From positions 20,643 to 84,642 of the forward strand of contig JBHLLP010000013.1 of the NCBI GenBank assembly GCA_048885525.1: a stretch of 64,000 nt of DNA, written 5' to 3'. The notes under the pieces are model-generated. The model was not told the origin of the DNA and did no database searches. It saw only the letters and a list, made by a program, of their open reading frames with translations. Position numbers and translations under genes: made by a program. The stretch is from Candidatus Hermodarchaeota archaeon (lineage in GTDB: Archaea; Asgardarchaeota; Lokiarchaeia; Sigyniarchaeales; SOKP01). Positions 50,780-60,935 of this stretch are shown piece by piece. Within the stretch, counting starts at the first letter, position 1. The number at the start of each line of letters is the position of its first letter.

Positions 50780-51949
50780 CTAATCACTCTTAAATTTCAT
50801 AAGTATACTTAATGTAGAAATTAAGGGAAAAAAGAGCATTATCCACATAAAAGCATAATAATCTGGATTAAATGATAATAATAGGCTAAAAAATATTCCT
50901 CCTATGAAACCCCCAGAAAAGAAACTTGAATTTGCATATCCAAGATATTTACCTTTGTTTTTTGGATTTGTTTTCTGGGCAATGTAGATTTGTGTGGCAT
51001 TCCAAAATAATGCATAAGAACTTGAAATCATAATTTGACTAAACAAAAATCCAATAAAATCATTCGATAATATATAACCAATAATAGCAGCAGTGCTTAA
51101 GAAAAAACCTATCATCATAATATACTTTTCATTCTTTTTTGAAATAATTTTCCCCGTTAACAACATTAGGAAAAATTGAAGTAATGGATTAAATCCTAAT
51201 AGGAATCCAATCTGTGTATCGTTACTTAAATGAAAAGACATTAAAATTGCAAGTATAGTAATAATAGGTCTAACACCAAAATGACGAGTGAAGAGAGCTA
51301 TATAAATTGATTTTGAAATAGGACTATTTTTTTCTTCATTGTTAGTTCCGCTAAGATGAGATATTTCAACTACATTATCATAGTACTTTAATATATCATC
51401 TCGATTTTCTCTTACAAAAATAATTACTGAGAAATTAATCAATGAAATGATAAATAAAAATATAAAGATCTGTGAAATTTCATATATTTCAATAAAAACA
51501 CCTCCAAATTGAGATCCAAGAAACCATCCAAAAACAGAGACAGCATTATAAAAACTAACAAACTTAGGATTGTTTTTTGTCAATTCCTGATATAAAGTAA
51601 AACTTAATCTGTAAGAAACGCCACACATACTATAAATAATTAAAATAACTGTAATTAATATTAAATCTTTTGTAAACAATAATACAAAATATAATATACT
51701 TGCCCCTATTGAACCAAATAAGAAAAATAAATATCTATTTTGTATTTTATCTGAATATCTGCCGAAAATTTGAGGCAAAAATATTGCACTAAATGGATAT
51801 AATGTAGTAACTAATTGTATTATAGCTAAATCAAAACCCAAATAGTCTCGTAAATATCGAGGGAGATAGTAAATTAGGGCCATAGCCGCTGTACCATAAG
51901 TTAGAACAGAAATTAAAAGCAGAACTACAGATCTTTTTGAAATTATCAA
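50780..51949 (-). CDS. MFS transporter (paralog of the neighbour)
   Basis: GRYSDKIQNR; NKGKYLGYANSS; clearly alignable to 49422-50645. Confidence 0.88.
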   Translation of the reverse strand: MIISKRSVVLLLISVLTYGTAAMALIYYLPRYLRDYLGFDLAIIQLVTTLYPFSAIFLPQIFGRYSDKIQNRYLFFLFGSIGASILYFVLLFTKDLILITVILIIYSMCGVSYRLSFTLYQELTKNNPKFVSFYNAVSVFGWFLGSQFGGVFIEIYEISQIFIFLFIISLINFSVIIFVRENRDDILKYYDNVVEISHLSGTNNEEKNSPISKSIYIALFTRHFGVRPIITILAILMSFHLSNDTQIGFLLGFNPLLQFFLMLLTGKIISKKNEKYIMMIGFFLSTAAIIGYILSNDFIGFLFSQIMISSSYALFWNATQIYIAQKTNPKNKGKYLGYANSSFFSGGFIGGIFFSLLLSFNPDYYAFMWIMLFFPLISTLSILMKFKSD

Positions 51950-51961
51950 AATGATAGCTCC

Positions 51962-53761
51962 TTATGCGTATGATGACCGAAGATTTTTTATCAATGTATA
52001 CAACTCGATTAGCTTCTTAGAGACAATACTCCATCTAAAATTTTTTTCTACTCTCTTATAGCAATTCTCTTTAATCTTATTGTAAAAATTTGGATCTAAT
52101 AACACTAACGATTTTATTATTTTATCAGGAATCTGATTGACCAGTTGGAAATTTTCAGTTTCATAGATTGCTTCCTTATCTCTTACTTTCTCGGAAATTT
52201 CCTTTAATTTAAAGAGAGAGATTAGGGCATCAGCAAATTGAACAGGATTATCTTTATCAATTAAAATTCCTGTACCTATTTCTGGAAAACTTCGAACGTC
52301 TATTATAGTTTCCTGAAAACCTCCTATTTTTGTTGCGATTACTGGTAATTTTACGGACATTGCCTCTAATGCAATGATACCAAAAGGCTCCCATCGAGAT
52401 AAAGAGCAATAAACATCCGAAGATATATGTGCCAAATAAAAAATGTCTGTAGCCACTCCAAAAATAATTCTTAGGTTATTTGGATACTTTTTAACATATT
52501 GGGCATATATCTTTATTTCATTCAAACTATATTCTGTCGGTAATATTAGAAATAAGAATTTTGTATTAGGAATAACCTCTATTACTTTTGGTATTGCTTC
52601 AAAAATAGTTTCAAATCCTTTCTGAGGAGATATTCTCCCAGTTGTGATTACTAATGGACCAGATTCATCAAAAGCTTTAATATATCCGTTTGTAACAAAT
52701 TCATTACCATTTGAAATCTCATTAATCACTCTTAATATTTTTTCTGATCGAATTAGTGGACTCCTATCTAAATGAGCTATTTTATGAGTTAATAAATATT
52801 CTTTCATATCAGATAATTTTAAATCTTTCTCTAAGGACAAGTGTAAAGTTTCTTTTATTTCACTTTCATGATTTTTTAATACATGCTCAAGGATGTCATC
52901 ATAATCCCAATCACATCCATCCCAGATAAAGTTAGATTTGAATTCGATTAAATCTTTACCGCAATTTGGTATAATATCTGATTTTAAATAGGATTGACTT
53001 ACTGTGGTTACAATATCACTTACAAAAGACCCAATCATCTCAACAGTTGGGGAATGATAACCTTCACTTCTCTTTAAACAAATTGTGAAAATCTCATTTA
53101 GAGTAAATGTTTTAAGTCCTTCTTTTACATGAATGGTAATGGGGGTTTGATCAATTCCACATGCCCTATAAAAATCAATTGTGTATCGTGGCCAAGTTAA
53201 TAAATGAATTGTAATAATTGAGGCAACATCTAATCCATTTTTGGCTAATATTTGTTTTATTCCTATAAATGGTATAACGGCATGATAATCATGAATATGA
53301 ATCATATCTGGTAGTTCATATTTATGATAATCAATTAAAAAATCAATATAACAACGCATTCCTATGCTAAATAGAATAATCTTTCCGTCAAGTGTATCTG
53401 GATTATAAACAATTTTATCGTCTAAAAATCTATTAGTAAAAGGATTCTCCCCGTGTAATAATACAATATCAACATTATTGATTTTTGATTTATAAAATGA
53501 AATATTATAAGTAGTTTCTGGTTCATTTATTCCGGATTGAGAGGGATTCATTTGGCCTACACAGTTAAATGGTAGTTTTTCCCATTCAAGAGTTTTATCT
53601 AAATCTTGCAGTTGACCATGGGAAGGAATAAACACGGTAATATTATAATCATTTGCTAGGTGCTTGGCTTGATTTGCGGGTACTTCTCCAAGACCACCTA
53701 CTTTCACAATTCCAGCGTATTCAAAAGTAAATATCCAAATATTATCTTTTTTTTCTTTCAA
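51962..53761 (-). CDS. glgA: Glycogen synthase (GT5)
   Basis: KVGGLGEV, HIHDYH, TTVS, GRISPQKG, SRWEPFGIIALEAM, GGFQETI. Confidence 0.88.
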   Translation of the reverse strand: MKEKKDNIWIFTFEYAGIVKVGGLGEVPANQAKHLANDYNITVFIPSHGQLQDLDKTLEWEKLPFNCVGQMNPSQSGINEPETTYNISFYKSKINNVDIVLLHGENPFTNRFLDDKIVYNPDTLDGKIILFSIGMRCYIDFLIDYHKYELPDMIHIHDYHAVIPFIGIKQILAKNGLDVASIITIHLLTWPRYTIDFYRACGIDQTPITIHVKEGLKTFTLNEIFTICLKRSEGYHSPTVEMIGSFVSDIVTTVSQSYLKSDIIPNCGKDLIEFKSNFIWDGCDWDYDDILEHVLKNHESEIKETLHLSLEKDLKLSDMKEYLLTHKIAHLDRSPLIRSEKILRVINEISNGNEFVTNGYIKAFDESGPLVITTGRISPQKGFETIFEAIPKVIEVIPNTKFLFLILPTEYSLNEIKIYAQYVKKYPNNLRIIFGVATDIFYLAHISSDVYCSLSRWEPFGIIALEAMSVKLPVIATKIGGFQETIIDVRSFPEIGTGILIDKDNPVQFADALISLFKLKEISEKVRDKEAIYETENFQLVNQIPDKIIKSLVLLDPNFYNKIKENCYKRVEKNFRWSIVSKKLIELYTLIKNLRSSYA

Positions 53762-54001
53762 GATCTTTCAATCTTTTTAAAACGCATTTACTTGTTTAAA
53801 ACCAAAAAACTGTGTAAAACTTTAATTATAATTAAGTCTAATTCGTTAAAAAAAGAATTTTATTAAAACTTAATTAAATTTAGATTTGTCTAATTCAATA
53901 CAGCAATAAGTAAATTTTATAACCTTCGCTTAATCGTAATTATCATTATTCAATAATAATTAACTTAAAATATAATAATAATACATGCTTGGTGATATTA
54001 A

Positions 54002-54376
54002 ATGGTAAATATTGAAGTTATTGATGTTGATATTCCTAAAGCTGGACCTTATAATCTTGGTATAAAAGCAGGTAATCTCATTTTTATATCAGGGCAAGTA
54101 ACCACTCCAAATGCCAGAGATATTAAAGAACAAACTTTTGCTGCCTTTGGTAAAATTAAAAAGGTATTAGAAGCTGCGGGAGCTAGTGTCTCCAATATAG
54201 TGAAAGTTTCTGTTTTCTTAAAAAATATAGCTGATTTTAAAGAAATGAATCAGGCTTATAAAGAATTTTTTGAGCAAAATGGTGTATCTGAAAATTTCCC
54301 TGCGAGAACCACAATTGAAGCAGTTTGTCCACTTCCATATGGATTAGTTGAAATTGATGCAATTGCAATACTATAA
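54002..54376 (+). CDS. ridA: RidA/YjgF reactive intermediate deaminase
   Basis: GPY, IFISGQ, MNQAY, FPART, LVEIDAIA. Confidence 0.9.
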   Translation: MVNIEVIDVDIPKAGPYNLGIKAGNLIFISGQVTTPNARDIKEQTFAAFGKIKKVLEAAGASVSNIVKVSVFLKNIADFKEMNQAYKEFFEQNGVSENFPARTTIEAVCPLPYGLVEIDAIAIL

Positions 54377-54530
54377 TTTAAATTCAAATAGTTCTCTTTA
54401 TACTTTTATTTCCTTATTTTTTTTTAGAAGATATATATAGATAATAACCTTATTAAGCTGACTTAATTATAGTTAATATTACTTTTTTATTAGAAAAATA
54501 TCTAAATTTCAACTTTTAATAGGTGTAATT

Positions 54531-55727
54531 ATGTGTGATACTTATGTAGCTTTAAAATCATCAACAAAGGATGGAAATGTAATATTTGGGAAAAATAGTG
54601 ATAGAATTATTTCTGAAAATCAATTAATTACATATACTCCTCGAAAAGAATATGAATCTGGTGAAAAATTAAAATGTACTTACATAGAAATTCCACAAGT
54701 TCGAGAAACTTATGCAGTTTTATTAAGCCAACCATACTGGATTTGGGGCGCTGAGATGGGTGCTAATGAATTTGGTGTTGTTATTGGGAATGAAGCTGTG
54801 TGGTCAAAAGAAAATTTAGAGGATAATGGATTACTAGGGATGGATCTACTTCGATTAGGCCTTGAAAGAAGTAAGAATTCGAGAGAAGCATTAAATATTA
54901 TTACAAAATTATTAGAGGAATTTGGTCAAGGTGGAGTTCATCTTCCTAATGGTTTGAACTACCATAATTCTCTTTTAATTGCTGATCCAGAAAGCGCTAT
55001 CGTCGTAGAAATGGTTGGAAAGTGGTGGATTGCTGAAGAAGTAAAGGATTTTCGTTCAATTTCTAATGATCTTACTATTAGAGGGAAAGGGGATATAAGA
55101 AGGGAAGGTATTATAGAACATGCAATTAAAATGGGATATTGTAGGGATGATAATGACTTTGATTTTGCACTAACATTTGCTGCAGATCAACCTATGCCTA
55201 GTTATGTAGAATGCTCAATGGGCCAATTAACTGAAAAAAAAGGAGATATTACGCCAAAATTGATGATGGATTTTTTAAAAGAACATGAAGGTAATATTTG
55301 CAGACATAAGCGTAAAGATATTACAGCTGGTTCTCAAGTTTCTCACTTAAGGAAAGGAAAAAAATCAATTCATTGGCTTACGGGAAGTATCCTACCATGT
55401 TTAAGTATTTTCAAACCTTACATGTTTCCAATAGAAGGTCAACAAGTGTTAGAACCAGGACCATATTCTGAAGTTATTCCTGATTGGTATTGGAATAGAC
55501 ATATGAAATTTATGAAACCTAATATCCTAAATCCAACGAAGGAAAATCCTGAAAGAAAATTAATCAAAGATTCTATAGAACTAACTCAAAGACAATTATT
55601 GGAAAGTATGGATGATTTTTTTTATTTAGAGAATACATCAGATGATTATACAGAAGAAGAATTCATAAATAAGATTATAACTATGAATAATTTAGCTTGG
55701 AAAGAATCTGAAGATTTGATTAGTTAA
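54531..55727 (+). CDS. Secernin-like / C69 family Ntn hydrolase
   Basis: MCDT N-terminal Cys, FGKNSDR, WGAEMGANE, GNEAV, LLGMDLLRLGLER, YHNS. Confidence 0.9.
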   Translation: MCDTYVALKSSTKDGNVIFGKNSDRIISENQLITYTPRKEYESGEKLKCTYIEIPQVRETYAVLLSQPYWIWGAEMGANEFGVVIGNEAVWSKENLEDNGLLGMDLLRLGLERSKNSREALNIITKLLEEFGQGGVHLPNGLNYHNSLLIADPESAIVVEMVGKWWIAEEVKDFRSISNDLTIRGKGDIRREGIIEHAIKMGYCRDDNDFDFALTFAADQPMPSYVECSMGQLTEKKGDITPKLMMDFLKEHEGNICRHKRKDITAGSQVSHLRKGKKSIHWLTGSILPCLSIFKPYMFPIEGQQVLEPGPYSEVIPDWYWNRHMKFMKPNILNPTKENPERKLIKDSIELTQRQLLESMDDFFYLENTSDDYTEEEFINKIITMNNLAWKESEDLIS

Positions 55728-56893
55728 TGTGTGATACTTTAATAGCATTAGGAAATTCAACTGAAGATGGAAATATAATTTTTGGTAAGAATTCGGATCG
55801 TCCATTTAATGAAGTACAGTTGATAACATATTCTCCCAGAATGAGCTATGCAAAAGGAGATACGTTAAAATGTACTTATATAGAAATTCCTCAAGTTTCT
55901 GAAACATATGCAATTTTAATAAGCCAGCCATTTTGGATGTGGGGAGCAGAAATGGGTACTAATGAGTATGGAGTTGTAATTGGTAATGAAGCAGTTTACA
56001 CACACGAGCCTTTAAGGAGCACTGGACTATTAGGAATGGATTTATTACGTTTAGGTCTTGAGAGAGGCAAAACTGCAGGAGGAGCAATGGAAGTGATGAT
56101 AGATTTATTAGAAAAATATGGTCAAGGAGGTGGCTGTGCATTTGAGGATCCGAGTTGGATGTATCATAATTCTTTCATAATTGCCGATCCTAAAGAAGCT
56201 TATGTCTTAGAAACTGCAGATAAATGGTGGATTATAGAAAAAGTTAAGGATGTTCGATCTATATCAAATGATATTAGCATTAGAGGCAAAGGGGATTTTA
56301 GGAAAAATGGAATAATTGAATATGCCATTGAAAAAGGATATTGCAAAAATGAAGAAGAATTCGATTTCGCTGAAACCTTTTCTGGAGCTCCTGTTTCTAC
56401 TGTTCCTTCACCATATTCAAGAGGAGGAAAATCTTCAATTTTATTGAATGAGTATATGGGAAAAATAACTCCTATGTTAATGATGGAATTTTTAAGGGAA
56501 CATGAAGCGGGAATTTGTATGCATGGTGGTTTTGAGTCAACTGGATCTCAAGTCTCCCATTTAAGAAATGGAAAAAAATCGATTCACTGGTTTACTGGAA
56601 CTAGTCTTCCCTGTATCAGTATATATAAACCCTATGTTTTTCCTATAGAAGGTCAAAAATATTATGATTCTGGACCATATCCCACGATTGATTCTGATTG
56701 GTTTTGGATAAAGTATGCACGATCTAAACCTGTAAATAAAAAAGCGGACATAAGTAAAATTGAAGGATCAATAATCTCGAGAGTAGATGATCTTATAATT
56801 CAAGAAGGTAAAATTACTGAAGAAAATTTCCTTAAAAATATGCAAATGTTAAACTTAGAAGCATGGAATAAATCCTATGAGATGATAAACTAA
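55727..56893 (+). CDS. Secernin-like / C69 family Ntn hydrolase (tandem paralog)
   Basis: Same motifs; TAATG stop/start overlap with the upstream paralog. Confidence 0.9.
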   Translation: MCDTLIALGNSTEDGNIIFGKNSDRPFNEVQLITYSPRMSYAKGDTLKCTYIEIPQVSETYAILISQPFWMWGAEMGTNEYGVVIGNEAVYTHEPLRSTGLLGMDLLRLGLERGKTAGGAMEVMIDLLEKYGQGGGCAFEDPSWMYHNSFIIADPKEAYVLETADKWWIIEKVKDVRSISNDISIRGKGDFRKNGIIEYAIEKGYCKNEEEFDFAETFSGAPVSTVPSPYSRGGKSSILLNEYMGKITPMLMMEFLREHEAGICMHGGFESTGSQVSHLRNGKKSIHWFTGTSLPCISIYKPYVFPIEGQKYYDSGPYPTIDSDWFWIKYARSKPVNKKADISKIEGSIISRVDDLIIQEGKITEENFLKNMQMLNLEAWNKSYEMIN

Positions 56894-56899
56894 GTCATT

Positions 56900-58300
56900 T
56901 TAGTTATTTTTGTTTTTTATTTCTTTAAAGAGTTCAAACATCTTGTTTTCAATAAAATACCCACAGATAGGGCTAAAACTAGCAAGGGGTTCATATCCCC
57001 CTTCTTTAATATAATCTTTGGCAGGAAATAAATACGATATCCAATCATTAGAATTTTGAAATATAAAGGAATTATTTTTACCTGTGGGTGATTTTTTTAG
57101 AAACAAATCACCATATTCCTCAAAAAGTTCCCCTGGCACAGCCATAATACAAAATGATTGTGATTTTTTTTCATCATTAAAATTGAATTTGATAAATTGT
57201 ATTACGGTTTTCCCATGAATCTTTAATCCTTTTCGTTTTATAGAGAAAGTAGGAAAATTTGCGTCGTTTAAAATTATTTTAGCAACCTTCAGTAAAAGAT
57301 ATTTTTTAATCGCATAATTAAATTTATTCCTAAACCAAGTTTTCGAAAAATATTTAAAATCTTTCATAGGGATCCAGAAGATATTTAGATAGAATTGAAA
57401 TTCTAATTCATCCATATAATCATCTTTAGCTAACGATTTTGCTAAATTTAATGCTTCCTCAGCAATTATATATCCAATTTTTTTTGTGTGATTGTAAGTA
57501 CCTAACTGACCATAAATCAATGATTTATCAAGATCTAGTTTTTTGTAATCTGTTCCACATGTAGTAATTGGATTTAAGTCCCCTGAAGTACCATTAAAAA
57601 AAATTACACCAACATTATTATTTGTTAGTTGCGAAACTCTTTCTATAACTTTTCCTGGATAATCAGCCGATAGCTTGTTGTTTTGAAAGGATAATGTTGT
57701 TGGATGGCAAGAATAATTAATAATCAATCCAATTAAATTATTATTGTCTATATTAATGAAATTAATTACTCCCAATTCTGGAATTGACCGACGAATTGGA
57801 TGTCTTCTATTAACTACAATATCAGGATTAAACTTTTTTTTGGTCCATGCCATTTTACATGGAATTAAATTGTTTTTCAAATGTCCAACCATTTTAACTA
57901 TCTGATATACAAACCAGACAATGTAATCATCACTACAATTACTACCAAACATTATCCCTTTCATTACATTGAATAAACCACCCGGCCAATGAAATTCACC
58001 AGTAAGATCAGGCGCAGAATGAGTATGAGTACAATGAATTAAAATTTGGTCAGCTTCCAGAGATGGATCTTTTTTTTTAATTTTTCTCTTAATATAATCG
58101 CACAATGCGATTGGAATCTTTAATAAATCTAGTGATATTAATAATAATTCACTTCTTTCACTTTTTCCTACAATAAGAACTCCATATGCAAAAATATCAT
58201 CTAATTTACCCAAACATGGATGTTTTCGGGTATAACCCGCCATTGGTCTACCAATAAAATCTTTAGGTGTAATTTTAATTTTACTGAAAGAAACTCTCAT
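56900..58300 (-). CDS. Neutral/alkaline ceramidase-like amidohydrolase
   Basis: KITP..MAGY, THTHSAP, YSCHPT, SADYPG, GDLNP, VPGELF, GGYE. Confidence 0.82.
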   Translation of the reverse strand: MRVSFSKIKITPKDFIGRPMAGYTRKHPCLGKLDDIFAYGVLIVGKSERSELLLISLDLLKIPIALCDYIKRKIKKKDPSLEADQILIHCTHTHSAPDLTGEFHWPGGLFNVMKGIMFGSNCSDDYIVWFVYQIVKMVGHLKNNLIPCKMAWTKKKFNPDIVVNRRHPIRRSIPELGVINFINIDNNNLIGLIINYSCHPTTLSFQNNKLSADYPGKVIERVSQLTNNNVGVIFFNGTSGDLNPITTCGTDYKKLDLDKSLIYGQLGTYNHTKKIGYIIAEEALNLAKSLAKDDYMDELEFQFYLNIFWIPMKDFKYFSKTWFRNKFNYAIKKYLLLKVAKIILNDANFPTFSIKRKGLKIHGKTVIQFIKFNFNDEKKSQSFCIMAVPGELFEEYGDLFLKKSPTGKNNSFIFQNSNDWISYLFPAKDYIKEGGYEPLASFSPICGYFIENKMFELFKEIKNKNN

Positions 58301-58452
58301 TGGTTATTATTAAAAGTAAACTAAAACAAAAATCTTTTTTAAATAGACGAAATTAAAAAGTCAGCATGAAATTACATTTAAAAAAACTTAATAGTTTTGA
58401 ACTATTTTTCCTATTAATTTTTTAAGATTAAAATGCTTTTTAGTATTCATCT

Positions 58453-58746
58453 ATGTCATTAAACAAACTAGATATTCTGGGTATGGAAGGAGTTATTTCA
58501 AATTATAAACGTGGACGTCACACAATTCATCAGAGGCACTGTATTTTAGTTTTTCCGAACATAAAAACAAGAAAAGATGCTAACAATCTTATAGGAAGAA
58601 CTGTTGTTTGGATTACTCCTACTGGTAAAGAATTAAAAGGAATTATTTCTCGGGCTCATGGAAATAATGGAGCTGTAAGAGCTCATTTTAAGAAAGCAGG
58701 AGTTCCAGGTCAAGCGCTTGGTAAAAAAGTAAAAATTGTTAAATAA
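58453..58746 (+). CDS. rpl35ae: 50S ribosomal protein L35Ae (eL33)
   Basis: YKRGRHT, GIISRAHGNNGAVRAHF, PGQALG. Confidence 0.95.
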   Translation: MSLNKLDILGMEGVISNYKRGRHTIHQRHCILVFPNIKTRKDANNLIGRTVVWITPTGKELKGIISRAHGNNGAVRAHFKKAGVPGQALGKKVKIVK

Positions 58747-58907
58747 TTCTATTGGATCTTTATTGATTCTTCTTCCCATTTTTACCGGTCTAGTACATGA
58801 TACACCCATATTATAATCTTTTTTTATATCTCGGAATTTCTTATTCTTCTGATAAAGCGATTTTAAACGAAATTTTTACTTTATTAGGTTGGGTTTAAGT
58901 ATTAAAA

Positions 58908-60893
58908 ATGTCAGAACAAGTTTGTCGTTTTTGCCATAGTTATGTTAAGTTAGCTTATTATTGTGAAGAATGTGGCTCTAGTTGTTGTTCTGATTGTCTC
59001 CACGAAAAAAAAGTCAATTTTTATATTTGTCAAGATTGTAAATCTAAAAATATTAGGGTATTAGACTCTGAAAATAAGAAAGTTTGCCTGGATTGTGGCA
59101 AAACGAATATAGCTAAATCGAATCAACTTCTAAAAGCATGTCCTAAATGTAAATCTCACCAAATTATAAATATCTATGAGAAAAAGGAAGAACTGGAAAA
59201 AAACTTTTTAGAATTAATTAAAAGTACACGCTCTTTTGTTAATCCATTAAAAGAAATTATTGATAATCTATATAAATTTCAATCGAAAATCAGAGAGGTA
59301 AGAGATCCTCCAAATAAATGTTATCACTTTCCTAAAATGGAATCTGACTTGTTAGCTCTTTTTAAACTTTTTCTTTATATCCAGAATACTTTATTGGAAA
59401 AAATAAATGTTCACTTTCATCAATTAAATCAAAATAAAGAATATTTTTTTGATATATACTCTCAACCTAATTCAAATATAACAATTATTGAAGGAATTTT
59501 TGAAAATTTATTCAGAAGTTATTCTGCAATTGATGAGTTTATAACTACAAATCTACAAACATTCAATGATAGTTTTGAAACCTTTGAGAAAAATTTACAA
59601 TTTATCGCGAAGATAAGTTATTATTTTAGTTCATACAAGAAATTAATAAGACTTGCAGAAGGGGAAAAACCTGTTTATGCTATTTTTGCTAAATTAACTA
59701 ATGGATTAAATACTCAGGAAAAGTATAAGAAAGATAAAGGAATTTTATTTATCACCAATTATGATCTCTCATTTATCCATGAGTATGGTATATTTAAAAA
59801 GAAACAAGAATTAGTTTTTAAAGCTCCTGTTGAAGATTTAACACGAATAAAAGAAAAAGGTAAAATATTCAAAAAATTATATATTGAATTTGAATATGGA
59901 AAATATGAGTTTACATTGCCCCCCAAAGCTGTTTCTAGAGTAATTGAATACATTCTTTTAGCCAGATCTTTTGACGAAACTACAATCTATGACGAAAAAA
60001 CAGCGAAGAAACTTCAACAAATTAATATTGATTTAAATGAACTCATCAACTTTATTGAGGAATGTATTAATTCCTTCTTTAGTATAAAATGTCAGTATAA
60101 TAAAAGCTATGAAAATGTATATAATATTAATAAGGATTTAGCTAATTCCTTTAATTTTTACCCCAACCAAATAAATAATATTGCCTCTCCGGCATCAACT
60201 CGATTCATTTATCCACAAAATATGCTTCAACCTTGGCTGAAGGAAAAATATAGACCATATCCAAAAAGCCATAATTTTCTGGGAAATCCACAAAATATTC
60301 ATCCTTCTTCAATTCAAACACCTCAATTTATGCCAAACTATCCTCAAAGTAATAATGAAAATCATAGATTCTTCTTACAAAACGCTCATGAACAAAATCG
60401 CTTTCAAAATTATAATCCACAAAGATTGAATTCTGATAATGAATTACTTAACAAATTAAATCCTTATATTCCAAACCAAGGAGGAAGCATAACAAATCCT
60501 TACAATGAAGAGGAATATTTGCTAAATAGAGATAGTTTGTTCCAAGAATTTAATAGAAATCATTTAACGGATTTGTTTAATTCAGATTATTATCAACCGA
60601 TTAATTCTTACAAGTATAAGCGAAAATTATTCAAATTAGATAAAGAAAAACATGAAAAGATGATTGAACTAAACAAAGAAAGATATAGTTTGAAAGAAAC
60701 TCTAAAAAAATTAGATGCCAAATTCGATCAAGGAATTATATCTGAAGTAGATTATTTTAAAACCTTTAAGAACCTACAAAAAGAAATTTATTTAATCGAG
60801 AAAAAAATTCAAAAACTTCAGGAAAATATCGAAGAGGTTGAAGAACTAAAAAGAAGTAGCAGAAATTTTGATAAAAAACGATTTTATTCATAA
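58908..60893 (+). CDS. Multi-domain protein: Zn fingers, helical region, PH/GRAM-like domain, disordered linker, steadiness-box-like C-terminus (ESCRT-I-like)
   Basis: Six CxxC pairs; KGILFITNYDLSF PH-like strands; P/Q/N-rich tract; ERYSLKETLKKLDAKFDQGIISEVDYFKTFKNLQKEIY matches the Vps23/TSG101 SB pattern. Confidence 0.7.
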   Translation: MSEQVCRFCHSYVKLAYYCEECGSSCCSDCLHEKKVNFYICQDCKSKNIRVLDSENKKVCLDCGKTNIAKSNQLLKACPKCKSHQIINIYEKKEELEKNFLELIKSTRSFVNPLKEIIDNLYKFQSKIREVRDPPNKCYHFPKMESDLLALFKLFLYIQNTLLEKINVHFHQLNQNKEYFFDIYSQPNSNITIIEGIFENLFRSYSAIDEFITTNLQTFNDSFETFEKNLQFIAKISYYFSSYKKLIRLAEGEKPVYAIFAKLTNGLNTQEKYKKDKGILFITNYDLSFIHEYGIFKKKQELVFKAPVEDLTRIKEKGKIFKKLYIEFEYGKYEFTLPPKAVSRVIEYILLARSFDETTIYDEKTAKKLQQINIDLNELINFIEECINSFFSIKCQYNKSYENVYNINKDLANSFNFYPNQINNIASPASTRFIYPQNMLQPWLKEKYRPYPKSHNFLGNPQNIHPSSIQTPQFMPNYPQSNNENHRFFLQNAHEQNRFQNYNPQRLNSDNELLNKLNPYIPNQGGSITNPYNEEEYLLNRDSLFQEFNRNHLTDLFNSDYYQPINSYKYKRKLFKLDKEKHEKMIELNKERYSLKETLKKLDAKFDQGIISEVDYFKTFKNLQKEIYLIEKKIQKLQENIEEVEELKRSSRNFDKKRFYS

Positions 60894-60935
60894 AAAATTT
60901 TTTTAGGATTTTTATGCTAAATCTGCATATTTATT

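Noticed and set aside
58747-58907. Relatively GC-richer spacer after rpl35ae: possible C/D box sRNA (ATGATA...CTGA) or antisense ORF MGVSCTRPVK
   Set aside because: The C box is imperfect, no D'/C' boxes or terminal stem are evident, and the ORF runs antisense through a ribosomal protein gene
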